DNA of 63,930 nucleotides, filler included, from Sluysia triapertura (taxonomy: Eukaryota): NCBI GenBank assembly GCA_046118255.1. It is 5 parts of 5 records of this genome, joined end to end, with 100 filler letters (N's around TTAATTAATTAA, not from the genome) between each part and the next. Parts side by side here need not be neighbours in the genome. Positions count along the whole stretch, not along the records: positions 12,373 to 25,151 come from JBJNIA010082588.1; positions 25,252 to 39,618 come from JBJNIA010262284.1; 3 more parts are not named here. One strand, written 5' to 3'. Both the position numbers and the translations under genes were made by a program. Within the stretch, counting starts at the first letter, position 1, and each line of letters starts with the position of its first letter. Under the pieces are notes generated by a model. That model did no database searches. It saw nothing but the letters and a program-made list of their open reading frames with translations, and was not told the origin of the DNA. This document shows, piece after piece, positions 12,757 to 25,629 of the stretch.

Positions 12757-14274
12757 TTATTATTATTAACTTTGAACTCTGAGAAATAATTATTATTATT
12801 TGAAACTTTATTATCATTTAAACTTTTTTGAACTTATTATTACTTTTTAGACTTTGAATTCTGACAATATAAACTTATGGCATTTGTTACAGTGGTTTAA
12901 ATGCGCATTTTTTCTCTAACGAGTTGAAAGAATTCACATTGAAAGGATTTCATTGAATATAGCGATCTGATACAAATAAACAGAATCACCGCGAATACTG
13001 ACTTTATCTTTTAAAGTAAAATTACGATAAACAAATTATTGTTGATAGCGCTTTGCTTAATTATCTTTAAAGGTTGTAATATAAAATTCATAAGTAAAAT
13101 AGTTATCTGCAGATATAAATAAATTATCTTTAAAATGAAAATTTAAACTGATTTGATCAAATTTCACTAGCTACTTAATACAACACTTAAGAGACCATTA
13201 GAAGCTTAGGTACCATTAGAAAATGTTTTTTATTAAGGATGGGTTACTCGAATTCAGAATAAAAATACAATTACTAAAATTTATAAACAAAAAGAAATAA
13301 ACTTCACATAAATTAACTTTAATTATTGTTTTATTTTGTAGAATCAATATTTTATTTTCATCTAATAAAATTTAAAATTCTAAATGAATTTTCAGGCCAA
13401 ATTCACGTTACTACTTGCTCCGATATCTCAAATTTTGATCTCAACATTTTTGTTATTCAAAATTAAAATGAATAAACAAATAGATTCACATAAACTAAGT
13501 GACTTTAAAAATTTCACATGACAAGAATGTTTCTTTATAATATAAGTCCATGATAATATTTATCGCTCTTACGTGATACTTTGAAATGACTTCATTCATT
13601 AATATATCTAAACTAATTACTGGTCACCGTTTGATCGACCCACTAAAATAGGTTTCGACGCTGGTTGATGTAAGTACTTTCTTTTTTTAATATCATCTAA
13701 TCCAAGTAATGTAATCATACTTTATATTTCACACATTTTAAACTTGTATGATTTGATTACTCATAAAATTAAAAATTTCATATAAATTAAAACGAAAATA
13801 ATAATAAAATTATACAATAAAATTTATAATAGTAAAAATAATATAAATTAAATATTCGATATTAATAATTAAAAACAATCAAATAATAATAAAAATATTT
13901 ATGCTTAAATGAAATTGGAAAAACTACTTGAGGTGCTAAAGTGAACGAAAAGGTGAAGGTAAGACAATAAATGATTGAATGTGGATTAATAGTTTTATGC
14001 GAATGATGAAAAGACGTGTTATCGTATTTGAGATGATGAATTAGGGTTTTGAATCACCAGACTGTTGTGTGTAATTTTGCCTTATTTTAGTTGTTTCTAT
14101 CATTGTTTTCGTTCATTTTTTGTGTTTGTTTCATATTTCAAAACATGTTAATATGCCTCTTTTAAAACAACGAAAGATATTATTTTATATTATTTAAAAC
14201 TTATAATTGTTGGGATATAGGCTTAAGGTGCCATTTGGTATAATTGAATATAGTCATCTAAAAATTGTTAGACT

Positions 14275-14331
14275 GGGCTGATAGCTCAGTGGTAGAGCAC
14301 TAGGCCCCGGGTTCGATCCCCGGTCAGTCCA
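14275..14331 (+). tRNA. tRNA-Ala-like gene or pseudogene lacking the anticodon arm (57 nt)
   Basis: Acceptor GGGCTGA/TCAGTCC+A with G3:U70; D-arm GCTC-AGTGGTA-GAGC; T-arm CCGGG-TTCGATC-CCCGG; only CTAGGCC between the arms; TTTT directly downstream. Confidence 0.75.
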
Positions 14332-14562
14332 TTTTATGAAGTCTAACTTAATTTTTTTAAGATTCTGTGCAATGCTTTTAAGATTATATTTTTATAATTT
14401 ATTATAAAATTAATTAGCACAATACGAATATTTATTTTTAAAAATCTAACTTTAACTTATTAGATTTTTAACTTAAAATTTATTTTACATTAAGATAAAT
14501 ACTTTGAATACACTTTATAAAATATAATATATAAAAAATAAACCAATGAAGTTAAAGCTTAC

Positions 14563-15118
14563 TTTAGTTTCTTGATTTTTACGCCAATCTAGATCTTCTT
14601 TAAAATGAATTAATTTTTCTTTTTCTCTTTTCAATGCCTCGATTAATTTTAATGATATATCACCTAATTCTTCATGTGCCGTATTGGATCTCATGGCTTT
14701 TTGAACTATATTAAATACAGTTTAATACTATGTTATTAATTTATATAGACATTGACAAAGTTCAAAAACTTTAGTAGTAATATGATTCTTACCATCTCGC
14801 TGCTGTTTTTGGGCTTGCTGTATTTTATCTTGAATAATTAGAATTTGCTTTGACATTTGATCATTAGTTTCTTTTTGTATTTCATAACGAGTTTTCCATT
14901 CATTATCTAACCATATAAGTTAATTCAAAATTTACTTTCATAATTAACTGTATCTAAACGCTTTTCATATTCTGCAATAGTTGCCAATAATTCATTGCAT
15001 GAATCTTCAGCTAAAATTCTATCTGCATTAATAACTTAGTATTTATTTACTTCATTTGTTTTTCTTGTAATGCTGCATTTTTTAAGTCTTGTACATTTTC
15101 AGGTGAAACATTAGCCAT
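14563..15118 (-). CDS. CCDC169: CCDC169-like coiled-coil protein, exons 15118-15051, 15018-14936, 14906-14793, 14705-14563; 3' exons not identified
   Basis: Spliced frame ...IAEYEKRLDTVNYENNEWKTRYEIQKETNDQMSKQI...DLDWRKNQETK matches the recalled CCDC169 motif EWKTRYETQLELN; introns 32, 29 and 87 nt. Confidence 0.8.
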
Positions 15119-15488
15119 TTTATTATTACACCGAATATTGTTGATATGGAAATCTTAAGTAAACATTGACGATATAATGCAAAATTTTTGGTAATATGTA
15201 TCAAAATAGTTATTTTTTAATTTTAGTTAAAGCAATAAAATTTAGGAAACTAATATAAAAATAAAAAATATTGTTTTTTAAGCTTTTTGTTTAAATATAT
15301 TTCTAGGTGACCTTTTATTATTTTTTGATTAAATTATTTTGTTTCAGTACAAAATTTATTACTAATAATATAACCTACTATAAAGTTATTTTTAAATAAT
15401 TCTTAATAAGCACTGTTTTTTATTTATTTTATTTTCTTTAATAATTTTTAATTACTATAAATAGTCATCGTAATTTCTAGAAATTATA

Positions 15489-17734
15489 ATGCTGAAATGT
15501 TATAACGTTGGTTGTTGTAAAGATTTTACTCCTGAAGAAAATAAAGAAGGTAATTTTATGATAATTTTATGATATTTTTGCAGATTCGTGTCGTTTTCAT
15601 CCTCAGCCTCCAACTTTTCATGATGGTAAAAAAGGATGGGATTGTTGTAAGAAATATACCACTGATTTTTCCACATGTTTAAACACACCTGTATGTTCGT
15701 TTTATTTTATATAAGTGTTTTAAGGGATGTAAAATTGGTTTTCATAATCCTGATAAGCCAAAAGTAATTGAAACTGAGAAATTAGACTTAAATTTTGATA
15801 AAGAAGTATGTGTCAAAATTATGATTATTTGCCTTTAATTTTCAACATTATGCTGACATTTGTGTTTATGGATTAAGGAAAATTTAAATTTCTATTGGTA
15901 AAGGCAAAATAGGTTTAATAGTATAATTTTTCTTAAGGTCGTTATAGTTGAACCGATTCAGCCCAAATCGAAAGAGCGTCCTTCTGGTGATGAAAATAAA
16001 ACGAAGCTACCAATAAAAGTTTTACCGTCTGCTGCATCTTCAGTTGAGCAAAAATTAAAGCAACTTAATTTAACAAAAGATCAGATTAGGCCCCAGGAAG
16101 AGAAGTTAGTTAAACCTGGAGTTAAATGTCAAAATTATGGTTGTGATGTGTGTTATGTGAGTCCAGAAACTAATAAAGAAATATGTATTTATCACCCAGG
16201 AATTCCCATTTTTCATGAAGGTATTAATTTGTTCTTACAAGAATATTTATAGTTATAAGACAAAATAAGTCAAGTTTTAAAAATCAAATGTAAAGCAGCT
16301 ACAAAATACAAAGTAATAAAAGGACTGGCTATCTTATTGTAAATTCTTATAAAACTCAATTTATTGGTAAGCAGAATATGTATTTCAGATTTTATTATTT
16401 ATGCCACTACTGAACGAATTTAATTGGTTCAGAATTCTCATTTTTATGTTCAATATATTAATGTAGCCGGTAACTTATTGTATAATAATGAGTTTTTTAA
16501 TTCGTCTCAGTTCGAGATGGAAGAACCAAATTTACATATTTAAGTAATTCGAGGTATTAAATCCCGAAACTCAAAAACAAGTCATACGAAAGCATATTTT
16601 ACCATAACTCTATATTAATGAGTGATATAATAAATTTAATAAATGAAACACAAGTAATAAATGCAAGAAAACCACACCTAATGGAAAACATCTTAACTTA
16701 TCTACATAATTAAAGTTATCTATTTTTATATATTATATATACTCATTTATCAAAGTTATATTCAAAGGTTACGAAAATTTCCACAATTGATGTAATTTTC
16801 CTCATGTTTTCTTATACATTGTTTAATTATACTTGCAGTCTAAATCTAATGACTGCAAAATTTACTTGATCTCTTTTTTCTATTTATACTAGCTACATAA
16901 TTAGTTTGGTTTTCGTGCTTATTATTTGAAAAATGTCATAATGATTTTATGGCCAATAGTTTTATGAATTACACTAGAATTACTTTATGATGATGTGCCA
17001 ATATTTAGGCTATAAGTATTTGTCTTTTATTTATCTTATCACATAATGTGCTTATACAAAAATCTAAATTTTGATACAAAAATAAATAGAATTCTAGAAT
17101 TAGCGAAAAAGAAAAAGAAAGTTTTGACGATCTTAAAAATAAGTCATCCATTTGAAAATGTATTGGTATCAGCCAGAGAAATATTTAGTATGGTGAATAT
17201 AAGTCAAAGAACAATTTGTAAGATTTTGTATACGAATGATTTTAAACCTTACAAACCTCAAGTTGTCCCCAAGTTAGAAAGTAAGATTATTTTAATTTGA
17301 ATGTTTAATGGTGATTTTTCAAACATCATGTGAGTACGTTTAAGCTAAATCATTACATTCATTGAAATTAATGGTTGCATATCAAACTATTATACGTAAC
17401 CTTATTAAGTCTATGAACATTAAATGTAGTTTAATAAAAATTTATATTAAAATTAGGAATGAAATTCTGGTCGTGCTGTGGACGTAAAACAACTGATTTT
17501 AGTGCATTTGAAGCTCAAGAAGGGTGCCAGTCTGGAACACATTTGTGGTATCGCGCACCAGATGTTCGCATGGAATGGTTTCAGTCTGGTATTGATCAAA
17601 TAACTGTTCATCTATATGCTAAGTGTGTAGTGCCAGAGACTTGTGTAATCGAAACAAATTCGGTTAATATGGTAATAGAATTTCGATTTGAATGTGGTCT
17701 ACACAAATATTCTCGCACTTTTGAATTATTTGAG
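15489..17734 (+). CDS. CHORDC1: CHORD-domain Hsp90 co-chaperone (CHORDC1/Morgana/melusin family), exons 15489-15549, 15584-15690, 15725-15805, 15938-16220, 17457-17734; last exon not identified
   Basis: Two CHORD repeats (CYNVGC...CRFHPQPPTFHDGKKGWDCC; CQNYGC...[20 protein letters not shown]) followed by a CS-domain start (RMEWFQS); GT-AG introns 34, 34, 132 and 1236 nt. Confidence 0.95.
17046..17300 (+). mobile_element. Tc1/mariner transposase HTH remnant in CHORDC1 intron 4
   Basis: SAREIFSMVNISQRTICKIL...FKPYKPQVV resembles the mariner-family HTH/linker region. Confidence 0.55.
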
Positions 17735-19464
17735 GTAAAATGTTTCAGTTATTTAGCAATTAAATTTTCAAATTTTCTGCAGCAATTAAATGTGACATAC
17801 AAAACATCGATATTTTGTATATAATTTTAAAAGTAAAAGAAAAACAAAGCAAAATATTAAAGATAAGTATAATGTAATCTGTGTTATCTTTCTGGCTATC
17901 GAATTTTGTGCCCATTGATTCATAATGTAAAATAAATACTTTTCGGTATGTTTGTTTAATCTTAAGTCTTAATTTCTAGCGAGTTCTTGTTTCTAATTCT
18001 CAAAATTTATTCTTTGTACTTCTTTACAAATAATACAAAACTTTTAGTTTTGTACTTTAAGTTTCAACTTGGAAATGTGTAAACTTTATTATTCTTATCT
18101 TTTGCAAAAGTTTGTAACTTTGTTAGTAATACTTTAATTATTTATTAACTTTATATCTCTTTTATATACTTGTCTATTCTTTTTATATAGATCATTTAAA
18201 GTTTATTTATAATTCTTTATTGACTGAACTTTAAAATCTAACTAGTGATCAAATGATTCTTTTAACCAGCCTCTTCGTAACTTTATTTTAAATAACTAGC
18301 TTAATTTATTTAATATCTCTAGGCGTTTAATTGGAGATTCAGTTCAATTTTCGCCTTTGTTCTTAGAGATAGAAGTGCTAATTAAAGATTATTCAATAGC
18401 GCGATATATTAAAAAATACAGTTACAAATTGCATTCAAATAATTTTTTATTTTAATGAAAATTTGAATTTTAATGCACGAAAACAATGTCTATAATTTTT
18501 TATATTATATTATATATTATAACTTGTTAATCTGAGTTTTACTTTGTTATTTATTATTTTTATTTTATTACTTAAAATTCAATTTTTTAAAATTAATCTG
18601 AAGGTTGAAGTCTCTATTCGACTCAGATGCACGAGATGGAAGTGCTATAGTTATTTTATAAATTTAAAATTTTAAACTTTCTTTTTCTAAACTTAAACGA
18701 AATAAAATGACTTATTTAAGAAAAGTTTTATTAAACACAAAACTATATATAAAAATATGTTTAACACAGTTTAGAGTAATTTAATGGTAATTTTAAGTAT
18801 TTTATATTAATTTACTTAAAGGTTTATCGTTGAATTCTCTTCAATCAAATATAATTAAAAATTTCAATTCAAAAAACTTAGAATAGTCTTAAGTAAAATT
18901 GTTCCAAATCTTCGATAATAAGTCCTAACATTCTTCAATATAAACCTAATAATAATTGTGATATAATGAAATTTGTTTGTGCAATAATAAATTCCAACAC
19001 TATTTATTTCCATAATAATTATTTTAATATTAATAAATTCTATAGTTATTCTATAATGACTATTCTATTCAATAAATTCTAATGTAATTATTTTATACTA
19101 TTAATTTAATTTAATACAAATAATTTTTAGTTTAATATAATAATTTTATATTAATTGTGATTAGTTTTTTTAAATCTTTTATTTCTGATTTTAATTTTTA
19201 TAAATTTTTAATGCAATATAAACATTTACGTGACAAACAGCTCACTGTGTAAGTCAATTATATTCTCGATCTATTTAAATTAAAGTTCTATTTACGATCC
19301 ATTTAAATGTCGCAGCTACAAAAATATATTTTTGTATGCGTAATTTAATAATTTGCCAGTTATTCGTGCACAAATTTTATTGCATGTTTAAAATTTTAGT
19401 TACTATTTTCTTGCGTATGAAATTAATTTACTATTTATTCAACATAAAATTGGTTCATCATATA

Positions 19465-19555
19465 CACCTATCCCCCGATTTACACGGTAGATACGTTCCT
19501 GAGAAAAACGTAAAAAAACTTATTTGGAAAATCGTGTAAATCGGGGGATAGGTTG
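19465..19555. mobile_element. Tiny MITE (pogo/Tigger-like)
   Basis: 21-bp perfect TIR ACCTATCCCCCGATTTACACG / CGTGTAAATCGGGGGATAGGT. Confidence 0.75.
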
Positions 19556-19919
19556 ATCATATCACTCATTAAATAACATTCAAAATAATCACATGCTATT
19601 TACTACACTCATTGGTTCATCACTATAATCATAATTCATATTATATTATCATAATGGCTCATCATTTATCAAATATTACATTTAACGTTCATAATAATCA
19701 TACTAAGACAAAAATCATTTAGTTTATAATTTATTAAGATTATTATTATATCAAATATAAATTTCTGTTTATTTCATTCAAGCATTATTCATTATAATTT
19801 TCAAACATTTTAAATCTTATTAACACGTTCGCTACCAGCGTCGAATATATGAGACATCAGTTCTTGCTTTTGAGCCCGGCGTTTCTACTTTCGATAAGGT
19901 GTTGCACCATCTTTTCGCA

Positions 19920-20130
19920 GTTAAAAAATCCAATGATAATGGACCTATTCTTCTTGAAATGGATACGTATAGATATTTTGGTCATAGTATGAGTGATCCA
20001 GATTCTTATTGTACTCGAGATCCAATTATATTATTTGGTCATGTATTAGGAAAAGCAGAATTGGCAACTGCAGATGTTAAAACAGAAGTCGAAAATGTTG
20101 TTATTACATCTAAGAACCATCATCAGACCT
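19920..20130 (+). pseudogene. PDHA1: Pyruvate dehydrogenase E1 alpha fragment with internal deletions
   Basis: [20 protein letters not shown] is the PDH-E1a phosphorylation-loop motif; the segment between TR and DPI is missing; no flanking PDH exons seen. Confidence 0.8.
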
Positions 20131-20478
20131 TGTTTGTGTTCATATGCTGGTGGATAATTTAAATTATCCATTCAGAGGTATTTATAATGCGAGCTTAATT
20201 CTTCGAAAAATTAACGCTTCTTAATTTTATAATTATATTTTAATTAATTGTGTAAGAATAAATGATGAGTACATAAATTCAAATTAGAATTTTATTTATC
20301 TTTTGTTTTTAAAACTTTGGTATGCTTTTATTATTTCTATCTTACGTAATTTGAGGAAAATAGTTTCGATGTAGTTTTCTAGTCTTAGTAAAAATATTGT
20401 AGTATTTTGACATTACTGTTTGTTTTACTTTATACGCTTTTATTATAGTTGCTTGCATTTAATTCAGATTTTATAATA

Positions 20479-20646
20479 CAGTGGAATCCGCTTAATCTGA
20501 CCACATCTGGACAATTTTTTTGGTCCGATTAAGCAGCTGGTCCCATTAAACAAACAATACTTTTATCTAATAATATATTGGATTGGATTCGAGACTTTTA
20601 AAAGTGGTCCAAATAAGCGGCTGGTCCGATTAAGCGGATTCCACTG
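20479..20646. mobile_element. pogo/Tigger-type MITE
   Basis: TIR CAGTGGAATCCGCTTAATC / GATTAAGCGGATTCCACTG, TA target duplication, internal TGGTCC repeats. Confidence 0.9.
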
Positions 20647-21126
20647 TATTTGTTTTTCCATGTACGTTTTGTTTTAAGATATACATTTGAAATTTGATAA
20701 TTTGAGATTTTTATACGAGTCTTGAAATAAATGTTACCATTTATATTCATTTTATAACATTAAGAATGTATTTTATAAAAGATTAAACTAATTTACTTTT
20801 CAAATATATTTCATGAACTACATAAATATATCCCATTCATTACTTGCATCTAATTTTTGATATACAAAATTTTTAAGATTCCGTTGTTTCATATTAATTA
20901 TTACATTGATGAATAAAGATATCTAAAAATAAAATAATTAACATTTACCAATATACTCAATGTACTTCTGGAATAACTATATATTAAAATTCTTTTGATC
21001 TTGCTTCTTGCCAGATATTTGGTTATTGATAGTTTAATCTACATAAATTTAATATGGAATAGCCAATTTATTATTTGATAAATATAGCACATATGTATGC
21101 CTATATCTGATTCTTTGCGAATGAGA

Positions 21127-21520
21127 TGTTGGGATCGCCCAACTGTGGAATAGAAGATGGATGGAAACGCGAAAGTATAATTAATTAATGCAGACTATGA
21201 ATAGAAACAAGAAAGTATTGTTGGAGTAAGAATGATGAAAACGGAAATAATTATAGTTGCGTTGAGAGATGAAGGATACCTTTGACTTCCAAAGACCTAT
21301 ATAAGGTATTGAGATCTTGGGGAAGCTTAAAATGGACTTGGAAAACCTTTGAAGGTATTAGACAACCTTTGAGCTTGTGAACATTGAGATCATCTGAGGC
21401 CTTATTAACCTCTAAGTATTCCTGAAACTTTGATAAGCATCTAAGATCTTCGATTAATATTATAAAGTATATAAAATCTTTAAAATATTTGAGAAATAAA
21501 ATCATTGCTCAAAATAATAA
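21127..21520 (+). repeat. Solo-LTR-like repeat
   Basis: Starts TGTTGGGA; TATA box CTATATAAG; AATAAA; second copy at 12373-12756; right end uncertain. Confidence 0.55.
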
Positions 21521-21919
21521 AGATAAGTTTAATATAGTAATAATTAACATGAAGAAGTAGAAAAGGAATCAGAGAGGTGACGGTGAAAACATCTAAAGCA
21601 TCCTCAATACCTTATAAATTACTAAATAACTTTGGGACCTTAATAAAACCTTTAAACGTAAAGTAAGATTAAGTCTAAAGAAAGATTAATTAATTAAAAT
21701 TTTAAGAAAATATACGTTTTTGAATGCGGAATGCTTTGTTAAATTTGAAACTGTATTTGTTTTGAAGACTTTTAGATGAAGTTATGGTTTGACCGAGTTC
21801 ATGCAAGGAAAGCCTTAATATTGAGCAAAGTCAAATTTTAATTAATTTTTAATTATGGAATGTTGAATTTTTAATACTTAGAGTGATGCAAATAAGATGA
21901 ATAGAATATGAATGTCCTG

Positions 21920-22175
21920 CCACCTACAATTAACTTTGCTTCATTTATTTTGGTATTATCGCTATTCTCATTACTGAAGATTATAAATTCTGACTTTTCT
22001 TCATTGATTTTCAAGTATTTATTTCCAATTATCAATTCAGTTCCTCTGTTCTTTGAATAGTATTTTCTATGTTGTTCATTTCAAATTCAGTATATATTAT
22101 CACGTCATCAGCATATATATGGTATTTAAAACCATATGATTCGATTACACTTGAAACATCATTGATATATATACA
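21920..22175 (-). mobile_element. L2/CR1-group RT remnant
   Basis: YINDVSSVIESYGFKYHIYADDVIIYTEF on the minus strand. Confidence 0.8.
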
Positions 22176-22225
22176 TCACCATATATATTGTGAGATAAAT
22201 ATGTAGTTGAATAAAGATTAAAAGC

Positions 22226-22277
22226 GTGAGTTCACCAACGTACATGGACTTACCTGTTAGGGACAGCCGTTGGATTT
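22226..22277. repeat. Conserved hairpin, copy 1 of 2
   Basis: GTGAGTTCACCAACG...CTTACCTGTTAG...CGTTGGATTT; second copy at 63008. Confidence 0.7.
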
Positions 22278-22620
22278 TTTATGCAATATGTCACTTAAGA
22301 TATAACCTTGACTAAATTTCCTTTTAATTGCGATTGAAGTGTCCTAAATCGTCAAAGAGTGTTTGGGTGTTTATTATAATATTTTACACAAATCCTATTA
22401 AAATGATTTTCAAAAATCTTCTATTAACACTAAACAAAAGGGAATTAACTATTATAAAAATTTATTATAACAAAGTGTAATAATTTTTTCAACTATTTAG
22501 GATATAAAATAATATAAGATATAATATTTCATTAAGGAATTAATTATAAATTCCTGATTTTTCTTTGTATTTTATAAATATTATTTTACAAAGGATCTAT
22601 GAAAAGATCCAAATTAATAA

Positions 22621-22860
22621 CTAATAAATTTGCGAAAAAATTTTACAAGATATTATAATAATATCACTCCTTAACAAAAATAAACTAACGTTACCAATTA
22701 ATTTATTTAATAATTGATAAATACCTTTAATATTTGATTTATTCGCTTCAAACGACTTATTATAAAAATCCACTTTTTTCTTTTTAATAGCTTGGAATAG
22801 TATATTTTTGAATTGTATTTTTGACTTTTTCGTTCTTTCCATCTTTAGTATTTCAATTTT
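22621..22860 (-). mobile_element. Non-LTR ORF2 endonuclease-RT linker remnant
   Basis: AIKKKKVDFYNKSFEANKSNIKGIYQLLNKLIG resembles the basic linker of CR1/L2 ORF2; same strand as, and upstream of, the YADD remnant. Confidence 0.5.
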
Positions 22861-23261
22861 AGATAATTCTTCTGCTAGTGTTTCTGATTCCTTGTTAACA
22901 GAAACTTTTCCATTTACAGAAACTTCTTCTGTTTTTGAATTAATCTTTTTTCCGAAACATAATTCACGAAAATTGTAAATTAGCTTCATTGAATTATCTA
23001 ATAATTCACCAATGTCGCTAATTTTTAGTAACTTTAGTCTCCTTTTTCATTTTTTAAATATTATCTATACTTAAAATTTCATATTTTTTTATGATACTAT
23101 CAATGCCATTAGATTCTTCATTTTTCAAACAAAAGGAGATTATTTTAAACTAAATTGACATAAAATTACCAAAATATTTTAAAGTAACACGTAATTGAAG
23201 TAATAATTAGAGTTATTTATTATATACACAGTTATTTATTAATTAATATTTTGCTTTACAG

Positions 23262-24993
23262 ACAATAGGATATCGAATTTTTCCACCTTATTTATCATGG
23301 TTTTTTCCATTAGCAGTAGCGTTATCGACATTTGGCAGTGTTAATGGTAATGTTTTGACGACGTCTCGAATATTTCTGGTAGCTGCTCAAATAAAACAAA
23401 TGCCAAAGTGCTTGTCACTAATTAGCAGTCGATATAGTACTCCTATTCCGTCAGTCTTATTTAGTGTTAGTTTATAATATTTTGAAAATTACAAAATATA
23501 AAATATTAATATTTTATTAATTTTTGTTTAATCATACTTCCAAATTTAGTAAATTTTTATTTTTAACAAATAATTTAATTGAATAAGATTTCATTGGATT
23601 TAAAGTATAAAATTTTTATTTAAAAAGTATTTAATAATTTTCGTATTTTATAAAATGAGAATTTGTTTTATAATCGAAAATTATAAAAAATATATTAATA
23701 ATTTTAAAATAAAATTATATAATAAATCTAAAATGTTTTAGTATTTACAAAATAATATTTAAATAATTTTGAAAGAAACATTTTAAAATATCATTAAATC
23801 AAAATTAATCGAAAAAAAATAAAAAGATAATCTAGAATTAATTAACAAATCGCGAAAGTTAAGTATCAGACAGCAATTATCTATGGTTTTTAAAATGGAA
23901 ATGAAAACTAACAAAAAAATTAATGTGAATTTATGTAAATGTAAAATGAATCATAATATGGTCAAACTAATATTATAGAAGAAAGTTAATTAATTGATTA
24001 TATTATCACCATTATACAAATATTGTCTTACTATAGAAAGAAATTGGATATTTAATGGACTTGAAAAGTAAGGAATTAGCAATGGAGTACTTATTATAAA
24101 ATAGAATTAATAAAATTATTGGTATTGAAAACCTCATAAGCCACACTGCGCAAATACTCAAAATACCGGGATTCTATAGGCAAGTTATGATCATATGTTT
24201 TTAAAAATAGACATTATTATGCCGGTTGGAATAGATCGATGGTTTTACTGTCAGTTAGAGTGATAAGGGTTAAACAATTCTTTTATAAAATATTTAATTT
24301 CAAGACCACAGAGTAAAACAAAATACTCCCTCTGTTCCAAAATATGGTATAGAGATTATTAAATATGGATTTGTTAGACTTATATCTCAGTTTAATTAAA
24401 TACTAGGATTTGTCACGAGTTTTAACATTAAATTACTTTTATTATCAATTGTTTATAGTTTCACGTGCCATATTACGCAACAGGGATACTGGAAATCTGT
24501 TTTCACAAAGTTTTAATTTACTAAAATGTGGAATTGCATAATTATTCGTTAATTGTTTTCCTTTAAAATTAAATATATTTAAACTGCAGCTTAATTTTTG
24601 GTTATATCAATACAACTTCTTGATATGAAAATTAAACCTGAAAAATATGTATTTAAAAAATCAACATTTTTTTAGGTAAACATAATTATACACTATTTTA
24701 GAAATATATACCAAACGTTTTGGAACAGAGAGTGGATATTTTAAATCATTATAAATAAACAATAAAGCTAATTATACAAAAATTTTATTTCAAAAAATAT
24801 CAATATTTAATCTTAATTAGTTTATATTTTTGGTCTTTTTCAGTCATGCTTGTCATTTATGTATTTATTCAGTCCAAATGTGTATACACTCATTAATTAT
24901 CTTAGTACCGTTACTTATTTTACATTTGGATTAGCAGTTGCATCGCTTTTAGTTTTCAGAGTAACAATGAAAGATGCTCCTCGACCTATAAAA
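23262..24993 (+). CDS. L-type amino acid transporter (SLC7/LAT family), internal exons 23262-23465 and 24844-24993
   Basis: PLAVALSTFGSVNGNVLTTSRIFLVAA...STPIPSVLF and VYTLINYLS...LLVFRVTMKDAPRPIK, each with AG/GT boundaries. Confidence 0.9.
24326..24734. mobile_element. Stowaway-like (Tc1/mariner) MITE in the SLC7 intron
   Basis: TA-CTCCCTCTGTTCCAAAA ... TTTTGGAACAGAGAGTG imperfect TIRs. Confidence 0.65.
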
Positions 24994-25151
24994 GTATGTC
25001 AAGTTTTATTTTATGACAATTTTTATGCTAAACTATTGATACATTTTTAACCCCTTAACGTTCAATTTTTTTTCAAAAACTCATTTTTTTTATTGCTGCA
25101 TTATTTACTAAACTATATTTTAGTGTAAGCGTCTTATAACTAGTAGTTGGC

Positions 25152-25251
25152 NNNNNNNNNNNNNNNNNNNNNNNNNNNNNNNNNNNNNNNNNNNNTTAAT
25201 TAATTAANNNNNNNNNNNNNNNNNNNNNNNNNNNNNNNNNNNNNNNNNNNN
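25152..25251. other. Assembly linker/gap
   Basis: N44-TTAATTAATTAA-N44. Confidence 0.99.
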
Positions 25252-25396
25252 ATGGTATTGTTTCTGCTACTACTTTAGCGGATAGATTAAGCAAACTAGG
25301 TACAGTTGTATCAAACTTCGTTGGAATATAAGTATAACATCTTCTATGTTTTGTGTAGACGTTAGAAATGACTGGACTAGAGTTATGCCCCTTCAT
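25252..25396 (-). CDS. N-terminus of a ZSWIM8/ZSWIM4-6-like BC-box protein, truncated by the gap (cargo of module B)
   Basis: VPSLLNLSAKVVAETIP(T..) vs recalled ZSWIM8 PLVELSAKQVAFHIPF; next codon begins with T, compatible with Phe. Confidence 0.6.
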
Positions 25397-25629
25397 TGAA
25401 GTAAGATTCTGTTTTAAAAAGTAATGAAAATTTGTTTCGTAAAATCGGTTAATAATTAAAATGTATTGATTAATTTTTCAATTCACACAATATGTCTGCC
25501 AAGTTATTTTTAAAATCTGTATGGTTGGCTAATAAATTTTTTCAATTTTTATTGACTAATTATTTCTCGTCGATTAATGGTGTAATAAATTACCCTCTTG
25601 TTTTGGTCGTACTGTGCAAATAATGGTAA

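Noticed and set aside
15500-15688. Minus-strand 62-aa ORF
   Set aside because: Antisense shadow of CHORDC1 exons 1-2
22246-22330. U1 snRNA gene (ACTTACCTG)
   Set aside because: No U1 stem-loop I/II motifs or Sm site follow; kept only as the hairpin finding
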